DNA from: a virus
Length of the DNA: 57,006 nt
Direction: 5' to 3' (one strand)
IMG/VR virus record: IMGVR_UViG_3300045988_118427
Position 1 is the first letter of the stretch. The number at the start of each line of letters is the position of its first letter. Both the position numbers and the translations under genes were made by a program. Shown piece by piece: positions 50,211-57,006 of this stretch. The notes beneath the pieces are model-generated. The model ran no database searches. It was given only the letters and a program-made list of their open reading frames with translations, and was not told the DNA's origin.

Positions 50211-50906
50211 ATGACAACTAAAGTTGTTACGTCAACGGATATTGACAACAAGACGATTGTTATCAATTCTGACAGTAAGCTGGAAGTAGCCTACACTGCC
50301 AATGCGCTCATCGGCGCAGGACGACCTGACAAGCCGGAGACGACCAATGGCGTTGTTAAAGGCACTGAGCATGATGGTATGATGTACCAGTCAACAGACG
50401 GTGCAGGCGTAGGCGCGTACTTGTGGCAAAGAGTGAACGGCAAATGGGTTGTGATTTATGGCGACACCGGTCTGGTTACTGTGAAGAATACCAAGAGCCT
50501 TAAAGCCGGCGCGTACATTAAGTTCCAAAGAATCAATAATACCGTTTACTGCTTCATGGGCGGTTTGTCTTTTGATTTGTTCGGCTATGCCGGTAAGACT
50601 GAAAAGGGATTCTACTCCCGTCAGCCTGCGCGTATCGAAGTGATTGGGCAAGGTGGTATCCCAGAGGGCTTCCGCGCAAGCGTATCATTGAGCTTCCAAC
50701 TGTTCGATGACGATACCAACAAGCCGGTTGCAGGTGTTTATGTGGGTGGTGTGAAAGATGCCAACTTCATGCGGTTCACTCCCTACAAAGAGGGGGCTAC
50801 CGGAAAACCATCTAACGATTGGATTCCCGACGTAGGTCCTGCTAATCTGCGCCCGCAGGCTATGGCATGGACTACTGACGACCCGTTCCCGACACGACTG
50901 CCGTAA
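50211..50906 (+). CDS. tail fibre tip-like protein
   Basis: Start at ATG 50211 (MTTKVVTSTDIDNKT). The pattern GAGRPDKPETTNGVVKGTEHDGMMYQSTDGAGVGAYLWQRVNGKW is typical of fibre tips. Confidence 0.5.
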   Translation: MTTKVVTSTDIDNKTIVINSDSKLEVAYTANALIGAGRPDKPETTNGVVKGTEHDGMMYQSTDGAGVGAYLWQRVNGKWVVIYGDTGLVTVKNTKSLKAGAYIKFQRINNTVYCFMGGLSFDLFGYAGKTEKGFYSRQPARIEVIGQGGIPEGFRASVSLSFQLFDDDTNKPVAGVYVGGVKDANFMRFTPYKEGATGKPSNDWIPDVGPANLRPQAMAWTTDDPFPTRLP

Positions 50907-50917
50907 CAGGAGAGGCT

Positions 50918-51328
50918 ATGAAAATTATTAGACCGGAGGACCTGCACACGAGCGACTTCCTTATCGAACGTGGTAAGGTGCGTGTGAAGAAAGAATTGAA
51001 GAAGTACAACCTGAAGTACACGGACGCTTCGCGTTTCGCAGACAACATCGGTAAGACCACTGATGCGGCGAACCGCTTGTACTTGCAAATGCTTGATGGT
51101 ATGGGTAAGATACATATCGATGGCAAACTCATTACGCCCACCAGTGTGGGTATCATTGCCCGATTGCCTGATGATGCGCCGACACCACGCAGTCTGATTG
51201 AAGCCGGTGTGTACATCGGCGACACATTCGGCTCGATATGGGTTAATGCCAATTCCCGCGATATTTTTACCAACGGATTGCCTGTCGGCAAGCGTATCGT
51301 CGTGGATTTAGTCGGGTTCTTCGCGTAA
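50918..51328 (+). CDS. hypothetical late protein
   Basis: 136-aa ORF. Confidence 0.45.
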   Translation: MKIIRPEDLHTSDFLIERGKVRVKKELKKYNLKYTDASRFADNIGKTTDAANRLYLQMLDGMGKIHIDGKLITPTSVGIIARLPDDAPTPRSLIEAGVYIGDTFGSIWVNANSRDIFTNGLPVGKRIVVDLVGFFA

Positions 51329-51376
51329 GCGGTTGGTATCCGACCCCTTGTAATCAACCAAAAAGGAAATTGAATC

Positions 51377-51718
51377 ATGGTAAAAATTGTAACCGAAAAC
51401 GACATCGGCAAAGGCTTGGCGATTGAAGAAAGCAAGCTGGTTGCCAAAGTATCCGCTGCTGCCGGTAACGCTATCCAAGCGACTGACGAGGGTTTGTTCG
51501 TAGCCACTCCTGCTGCGCCTACCGTGGACGTACACTTGGCTGGTGCTGAGTATGAAGCTGCCACCAAGACTTTGAAACTGAAGTTGTCTGACGACACTAC
51601 TGTTGACGCTCCGTTGGCTGAACTGTTGACTAAGGACGCTTTGAATGACGTACTGCGCGGCGAAGAAGTACAATCGCTCGCTGGTGTTAAATTGGGTCAC
51701 TTGATGAAAGCTGATTAA
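51377..51718 (+). CDS. small fibre-like protein
   Basis: 113 aa. Contains GNAIQATDEGLFV and one beta-repeat, KTLKLKLSDDTTVDAPLAELL. Confidence 0.5.
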   Translation: MVKIVTENDIGKGLAIEESKLVAKVSAAAGNAIQATDEGLFVATPAAPTVDVHLAGAEYEAATKTLKLKLSDDTTVDAPLAELLTKDALNDVLRGEEVQSLAGVKLGHLMKAD

Positions 51719-51732
51719 GCTCAACCCGATAG

Positions 51733-51765
51733 AAAAAGCCCCTACGTCGTAGGGGCTTTTGTTTT
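51733..51765. terminator. bidirectional intrinsic terminator at the convergence of the late and replication units
   Basis: 12-bp stem AAAAGCCCCTAC-GTC-GTAGGGGCTTTT, flanked by an A-run and a T-run. Confidence 0.8.
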
Positions 51766-51943
51766 ACTTCATCAACGAGCGCAGACGGCTGATTGACTCA
51801 TACACATGGTATGACTGCGGCGGCTTGCCCTCGTTCTGTACCACGACGGTGCTGCCTTTAGTTTCCGCTTGGACGTGTTGGATTGCGTCAACATCTACAT
51901 CGACCATCCCGCCGGAAACGAGATTCAAAGTAATGGTTTTCAT
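51764..51943 (-). CDS. 59-aa small ORF, last gene of the minus-strand unit
   Basis: My translation: MKTITLNLVSGGMVDVDVDAIQHVQAETKGSTVVVQNEGKPPQSYHVYESISRLRSLMK. ATGA overlap with the upstream stop. Confidence 0.4.
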   Translation of the reverse strand: MKTITLNLVSGGMVDVDVDAIQHVQAETKGSTVVVQNEGKPPQSYHVYESISRLRSLMK

Positions 51944-52764
51944 ATTAGGCTTTCCATTTTCTCTACGATGGTTTCCAAAATACCTGCGTACATTACCATA
52001 TCTGCCGACACGTCGTCAGGTGCGCGGGACAGGTCGAATCGTGGTAAATCTTCCTCGCCCTCGTAGTACACCGTCAGCGTGTGGCTGCTGGTACATACCT
52101 GCACTTCCAAGCCGACATCCAACTCGATGTCCACCGCAGTGCATACTGTGTTCTCGCCGAGCGCAGTCACCAGTGCTTGAGGGTTGACGACAACGCCGCT
52201 TGCCGACACACCCAGTTCCTTGTTCACGAACTTACGACGCTCGCCCAAGATGTAGCCATCAATATCAGGCTCGCCGAACTTAGCAGCTTCGAGGATACAA
52301 GCGATAGGGTAGTTAAACAACGACACCCTGCGCTTGCTCTTTCCATCTGCCAGTGGCAGCCACTCAAGCATCTTCTTGTCGGTCAGACCGAAGCCTGCGA
52401 TGTACACGCTTTCCGGACGGTGCTTGGTACGGAACAACAGAAAATTGTAATGGTAATACGAGATGGGCGTACGGGCCTTGACGTTCTCCAACGCAATCCC
52501 TTTAAGCTCGCGGAAAGGTGTCTCATTAGTGTCCTCGGCTTGCAGGCGTTCGATTTCCGCCATCACTGCGCCTTTTGGTAAGACGTGCTTGCCGACACGC
52601 AAACGGATACCATACTGGTTGGATTGCACCACGCCGTGTGTGATACCACAGACACCGGCGAAATCTTTAATCAAAGGGTCATCGGCAGAGATACGCAGCA
52701 CATCGGTCAGAGCCACAGGCTCTTCGTAGTCCAAGCGGACGATAGAGGTGGTAAATTTGTTCAT
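51940..52764 (-). CDS. hypothetical protein, possibly RdgC-like recombination-associated
   Basis: 274 aa. General resemblance in length and in the VLPKGAVMAEIERLQAE...RELKGIALENV region. Weak call. Confidence 0.4.
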   Translation of the reverse strand: MNKFTTSIVRLDYEEPVALTDVLRISADDPLIKDFAGVCGITHGVVQSNQYGIRLRVGKHVLPKGAVMAEIERLQAEDTNETPFRELKGIALENVKARTPISYYHYNFLLFRTKHRPESVYIAGFGLTDKKMLEWLPLADGKSKRRVSLFNYPIACILEAAKFGEPDIDGYILGERRKFVNKELGVSASGVVVNPQALVTALGENTVCTAVDIELDVGLEVQVCTSSHTLTVYYEGEEDLPRFDLSRAPDDVSADMVMYAGILETIVEKMESLI

Positions 52765-52766
52765 GG

Positions 52767-53309
52767 TTAAACCTTATACACAGTGTTCGGTAACAGACCC
52801 TCTGGATTGATGACAGCCACACGGCTCACGCCGAAGCGGGTATCGACGGAGGAGTTGACCTCCGCGACGTTCTTAACGATTTGCGCCGCCGACATATGTG
52901 GGGCAACGTGGTCGATAGCCAGTGCAGAGCAGGTGGCGAAGTCCGCACCCTCACATACCATGTTGGCATTCTCAAGCACCCACACGCCGTTGCCTGTGTT
53001 CTGGTCGAAACAGTTGAACGTGAACACACGGATTGGGTCGTCCTCGGTAGGCTCGTCAGGAGCTATCACTGCAATACCGGCGGTATTCATATTCGGGTAG
53101 TCGTCGAGGAACGGCGTGTGCGTCGCGATACGCTTCTGCACCTCACGCCAGTGGCGTTCGATGGCATCAAGGTTGCCACTATACCCGATGGTAAAAGTAC
53201 GGTTTACGTCGCGCAAGATACGAATCTTGTTGGAAGGCTCACGACTATCATTGCGAGTGCAACCGTTGTCTGCTGCAAGCTCGCCGTTTTTGTACACGAT
53301 AAGTGTCAT
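52767..53309 (-). CDS. HslV/proteasome-beta-like Ntn hydrolase (putative)
   Basis: Start at ATG 53309 (TAATG overlap with the primase stop) gives MTLIVYKNGELAADNG, like the HslV opening MTTIV..R..G.V..A.DGQ with Thr2 as nucleophile. Confidence 0.45.
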   Translation of the reverse strand: MTLIVYKNGELAADNGCTRNDSREPSNKIRILRDVNRTFTIGYSGNLDAIERHWREVQKRIATHTPFLDDYPNMNTAGIAVIAPDEPTEDDPIRVFTFNCFDQNTGNGVWVLENANMVCEGADFATCSALAIDHVAPHMSAAQIVKNVAEVNSSVDTRFGVSRVAVINPEGLLPNTVYKV

Positions 53310-56248
53310 TACGATTCTCCTGTGGTTATGGGTACTGCCCACACTTTCTGCGGGTCAGTGGTTACTGCATGGGCGGTGTTCGCCAACATACGTTTCTCTT
53401 GCTTAGGCTTACCGCCACGCTTAATGAGCTGGTACTCGAAGTCCGCCAACACGACACGGCGTTGGGCGCACCACGACTTGATAAGCCACGGGTTGATATA
53501 GACCATACCATTGGCAGGCTCTGTGCGGATGTACACGCTCTTGCGCGGCATCTCGGCTACTGTCAGTGTGAAGTCGTCCTCCATCGCCGCTCCTATCACA
53601 AGCGTGTGGTCGGCGTTGTCCACGAAAAACTGCGCCAAGTAGTCCTGCTGGTCTAACACACGGTAGCCCACACGGGCGCGTAACTGTCCCAGCAGCTCTC
53701 CGGCGTAAGCGATGATGGCTAACGGCTCGAAAGGCAATAGACCAAGCTGGTCGCCGATAATAGCCCCAACGCATCCTGATACCAAGTGGTTGACCCAGTA
53801 GCGTTCCTCGTTCGTCACGTTGTGCTGCTTGATGAAGTACGACAACACGTTGTCCCATAGCTGTCGCGCGGCCTCGTCATTGTTCACGAGCCACTCGATA
53901 AGGCGGTAGCCTGCCACACCTTTGATGGTATGCAGTTGTTGTGCAAGCCGTCGGGCATGGTCGCTGTCGCGCAGATACTCCAGTTCGGGGATATTGATTT
54001 CCGTAACGCGGCGGGTAGGACCGTCGGCTACGTCGCGCCCCTGCGATACCATATCATACAGGCTGGTGTTGGCGGTGGCATAGAAGAACGTGCGCCATGT
54101 GTTGCGGTTGCCTCGGATGTCGTTGTCGCTGCCTTGTGCGCGTTCTTTGTCGCCGAGACGTGTACTGTCGTAAACCATATTCACGATTTCTTCAGGTGTC
54201 ATCTCGGTTACTTCGTCGCGCAACAGCGGCAGACTGTTCAGATAACCCAAGTTGGTCATCAAGCCTGCAATGGTCGTACCGTCTTTGCTACTGAACGTAA
54301 CCGCCGACGGGTCGCCAAACACACGCAACGCAGTCTGACAGGTAAACGTCTTACCACGACCAGAGCCGGAGGAGCTTAAACTGATAATACCACCGGCGTG
54401 GCTCTCCAGCGCATACTTCGCACTGAACGGTGCGCCCAACGCGGAAGCGATAACGAACTGGTTGGCAACTGCCTGCTTGCTACCGTACATCTCTGCAAGG
54501 ATAGAACGCCACAGGCTCAGTTGGGCATCGGCGGCATCGCCGGTCATGGACGGTTTGAACGCCTTAGCGTGCTTACGCGCCACTTCCCTGTCGCCCAACG
54601 GTGCTGGTCGTGTGCCGGTGCGTGTGATAACCACATCGCCGAGTACGAAGTCCTTGCCGTTTTCCTGCCAACCCATCTGCGATACTGCTGTCACAGCCGC
54701 ACGCGAATTAATCATCTTGGTGCGGGAACGGTTGAAGAAGCTCATAAGTTGTTTCCATTGTTCTGAACCATCAATCGGCAAACCTGCGCCTGTGATGGTA
54801 TCTTTGAACTCTTTTTGCGAGTTGATGTTGGTGTTGTCCAGTTGGAACTCCACCACCCCGTCGTGCGGGGAATGGTAACGACACAGGTACAACTGCTTGT
54901 TGCTGCCGTCGCGGACGCGCTCGAAGATGTAGGTGTCTTGGCGGCAAACCTCGAACGCAACCATCTCGTCCTTAGACTTCTTACCATCAGGACCGACCTT
55001 GGGTATGTCGGTGTACACGCCGCCGTTCTGTCCGCGATAGAATCCCCACGGCAACTCCGGCACAAGGAACGTGTCAGTCTGCGTATGGTCGGAACTGACC
55101 GGCGTGATGACGATGGTCGGACGGTTCTGCGGCTCGTAGCCCAATACGATAGGGTTGGTAATCTTGCCATAGTGCGGACAACCTTTGCACAAGTCGGGCT
55201 TGTTTGCCTCGAAGCTGGCGCAACTGCGCGGTCCTTTGGCTTGTGCTGCTTTCGCCTCCGTCTCGCCGCGCGTGTAGCTTGGGTGCAGATGACTTAGCTT
55301 GTGTACCCACTCGTCTCGGTCTGTCACGCAGAACTGCGCTACGGACAACGCGCCGAACCATGTCGGCTCGTCAGCGTCCTGCTGGTTCTCATACGCCCAC
55401 AACAACTGGGCGCAGCCGGTGCGCTCGTACTTCTGCCTGTCGATAATCTTACCAAAGCTGGCTGGCTTGTATTCTGCGAAGCCGTCCATTGACGATTGCA
55501 CACCGGCTGGCATAGCCATAGGCGGCGCACCGAGACCGGCAAGCGGGTTGTACGACTGTTGCATACCACGCAGTGTGTTCGCAACAGGAAGCGCGGAGAA
55601 CTGCGACAGCAGTTGCTGTTTGGTAAACAGATTCCCCACGCTGGCGACGGTAACGGTATTACCCGACTTAAAATGCACCGTACCAACCGGTCTCAGTACG
55701 CTCGCCGTATCCGTCGTGCGGGAGCTATCGACACGCAGACCAACCGTCTTGCAATACTGACCCAGCTTGTCCGCAGCAGGCAGCCACTCGGCAGGGGCGA
55801 TGTCCTCGGTGGCACACCAGTACACATGAAGCCCCTCGCCGCTTGATACCACATAGGTTGGTTTCGGGAGAACGCCTTTGGCTATCTCGTCGTTCAACGC
55901 TTCTAGTGCCGCTGACTGCGTGGGGTACACAGTGTCACCATGCTTGGCGTACTTGGCAGCACCTGCATCAATATCCAACCAAAAGGAGCGCAATGCCAAC
56001 ACGTTGGTCTGTGCGCGGAAGCCTTTACCATCTGCCGGTACTTGCGCGTAGCTCGCCAAGCCGAAGTACGTCTCGACGGCGCGTTGCTGCAAGCCTTGAA
56101 TGAACTGGTCTGTGGCTTCGGCATTGCCGAACTGTATCGGGTTATTACGCGCCCACGTCCGGCTGGGGTCGTCCTGACGCGGGTGGATTTCCGTAATGCA
56201 GTTCCAACCGTTAGGGCTGACAACTGTTTGTAAAAACTGGTGGTACAT
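53309..56248 (-). CDS. bifunctional AEP primase-polymerase / D5-type SF3 helicase
   Basis: 979 aa. AEP motifs WLDIDAG and SGEGLHVYW. Zn motif CASFEANKPDLCKGCPHYG. Walker A SSGSGRGKT. Confidence 0.85.
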   Translation of the reverse strand: MYHQFLQTVVSPNGWNCITEIHPRQDDPSRTWARNNPIQFGNAEATDQFIQGLQQRAVETYFGLASYAQVPADGKGFRAQTNVLALRSFWLDIDAGAAKYAKHGDTVYPTQSAALEALNDEIAKGVLPKPTYVVSSGEGLHVYWCATEDIAPAEWLPAADKLGQYCKTVGLRVDSSRTTDTASVLRPVGTVHFKSGNTVTVASVGNLFTKQQLLSQFSALPVANTLRGMQQSYNPLAGLGAPPMAMPAGVQSSMDGFAEYKPASFGKIIDRQKYERTGCAQLLWAYENQQDADEPTWFGALSVAQFCVTDRDEWVHKLSHLHPSYTRGETEAKAAQAKGPRSCASFEANKPDLCKGCPHYGKITNPIVLGYEPQNRPTIVITPVSSDHTQTDTFLVPELPWGFYRGQNGGVYTDIPKVGPDGKKSKDEMVAFEVCRQDTYIFERVRDGSNKQLYLCRYHSPHDGVVEFQLDNTNINSQKEFKDTITGAGLPIDGSEQWKQLMSFFNRSRTKMINSRAAVTAVSQMGWQENGKDFVLGDVVITRTGTRPAPLGDREVARKHAKAFKPSMTGDAADAQLSLWRSILAEMYGSKQAVANQFVIASALGAPFSAKYALESHAGGIISLSSSGSGRGKTFTCQTALRVFGDPSAVTFSSKDGTTIAGLMTNLGYLNSLPLLRDEVTEMTPEEIVNMVYDSTRLGDKERAQGSDNDIRGNRNTWRTFFYATANTSLYDMVSQGRDVADGPTRRVTEINIPELEYLRDSDHARRLAQQLHTIKGVAGYRLIEWLVNNDEAARQLWDNVLSYFIKQHNVTNEERYWVNHLVSGCVGAIIGDQLGLLPFEPLAIIAYAGELLGQLRARVGYRVLDQQDYLAQFFVDNADHTLVIGAAMEDDFTLTVAEMPRKSVYIRTEPANGMVYINPWLIKSWCAQRRVVLADFEYQLIKRGGKPKQEKRMLANTAHAVTTDPQKVWAVPITTGES

Positions 56249-56272
56249 TTTCCGCTCCTACCGCGAGGGCGG

Positions 56273-56710
56273 TTATGCGCCCTCTACAATCTGCTGTGTT
56301 TGTTGCTGTTGCGCTTGATACCAAGCGTAAAAATTCTGCCAGTCTATCGCATCGAGACCAACTTTCAAAATACCGGCAAAAGCCTTACGGTCGGAACACG
56401 GCAAAACACCGTTGTTAAACAAGTGGGTAAGCGCGGCAGTAACTTTTTTGATGGCTTCGATGGTTTCAGCTTCGAGGCGAACACGACCACCGTGGATAAT
56501 TTTGGTAGCCACTTGTTGTGATACGCCGACGTGCTGATTCCAAACGCTCATAGGGGCTTGGGTGTACCACGTCCACTTCGAGAACTCGCGTTGCCATTCG
56601 GGGAGTTCGTCGTCAATAATACATTCGTAGGTCTTGGCTTCGACCTGCGTGAAGCGGGCTGGCTCACGGCTGTCGGTCAGTGGGGCGAGCAGATGTTGTT
56701 TTTCAGACAT
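56273..56710 (-). CDS. hypothetical protein (HTH-like segment)
   Basis: 145 aa. VSQQVATKIIHGG. AAGGAAAC SD. Confidence 0.5.
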   Translation of the reverse strand: MSEKQHLLAPLTDSREPARFTQVEAKTYECIIDDELPEWQREFSKWTWYTQAPMSVWNQHVGVSQQVATKIIHGGRVRLEAETIEAIKKVTAALTHLFNNGVLPCSDRKAFAGILKVGLDAIDWQNFYAWYQAQQQQTQQIVEGA

Positions 56711-56732
56711 GGTATGTTTCCTTATCTAAGTA

Positions 56733-56748
56733 GGGGGCTTGCGCCCCC
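56733..56748 (-). other. GC hairpin GGGGGC-TTGC-GCCCCC between the PA-repeat gene and 56273..56710
   Basis: Direct reading. No U-tract on the transcribed strand. Confidence 0.5.
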
Positions 56749-56758
56749 CCCTGTTGGG

Positions 56759-57006
56759 TTAGCGGCCTTGAATAATTGCTGCGGACTGTTGTACCAGTTG
56801 GGCTACGGCCTCTGCGGATGGTTGCGCTGGGATAGCGGTATTACCACTCAAGAAGTTCGCAGCAGCTTCGGCAGGAGCGGCTGGGGCAGCAGGTGCTTGT
56901 ACCACTTGTTGCGCTGGGATAACTGGGGCTTGCGGTACGACCGGAGCGGCAGGAGCGGCAGGAGCGGCAGGAGCGGCAGGAGCGGCAGGAGCGGCAGGAG
57001 CGGCAG
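56759..57006 (-). CDS. Ala/Pro-repeat protein, C-terminal part (continuation of 1..381)
   Basis: Stop TAA at 56761..56759. My translation: ...APAAPAAPAAPVVPQAPVIPAQQVVQAPAAPAAPAEAAANFLSGNTAIPAQPSAEAVAQLVQQSAAIIQGR. Open to the window edge in the same repeat phase. Confidence 0.7.
   Translation of the reverse strand, partial: AAPAAPAAPAAPAAPAAPAAPVVPQAPVIPAQQVVQAPAAPAAPAEAAANFLSGNTAIPAQPSAEAVAQLVQQSAAIIQGR
56943..57006. repeat. 9-bp tandem repeat GGCAGGAGC x6 (+partial units); same unit x4 at 1..36; related GGAGCAGCA x3(+1) at 101..136
   Basis: Direct reading. Nt 1..41 are identical to nt 56966..57006. Confidence 0.95.

Overview
The window is one complete dsDNA phage genome of about 57 kb, shown as a linearised circle. 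Nt 1-41 equal nt 56966-57006, and the cut lies inside a 9-bp tandem repeat of a coding gene.

(i) Minus-strand early/middle/replication unit. It starts at four consensus sigma70 promoters (15.07-15.47 kb) and runs left through about 20 small, mostly acidic early genes (14.6-9.7 kb, one ArdA-like). It continues through VRR-NUC, family-A DNA polymerase, HU-like protein, Cas4-like nuclease and Snf2 helicase. It then crosses the window junction and ends with an AEP-primase/SF3-helicase, an HslV-like Ntn hydrolase and a possible RdgC-like protein at a bidirectional terminator (51.75 kb).

(ii) Plus-strand late unit (17.5-51.7 kb), in order:
- terS, and terL interrupted by a 135-aa mini-intein
- portal, scaffold and major capsid
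- Cys-rich and collagen-like fibre proteins
- Q/N-rich internal proteins, an M23 peptidase and a lambda-R-like transglycosylase
- a 2712-aa polyvalent protein (ART-like domain plus HEXXH zincin)
- a lysis cassette with a T5-type M15 endolysin
- tail fibres

(iii) ORF-free control region of about 2.2 kb (14.58-16.8 kb), partly extremely AT-rich. It holds promoters, a structured leader of about 480 nt, A/T tracts, iteron-like repeats and hairpins.

I recognised no integrase, tRNA, CRISPR array, tail tube/sheath/tape-measure gene or phage RNA polymerase. It therefore looks like a virulent podovirus-like phage that uses host RNAP at least early. All functional calls come from motif recognition by eye; no database search was possible.
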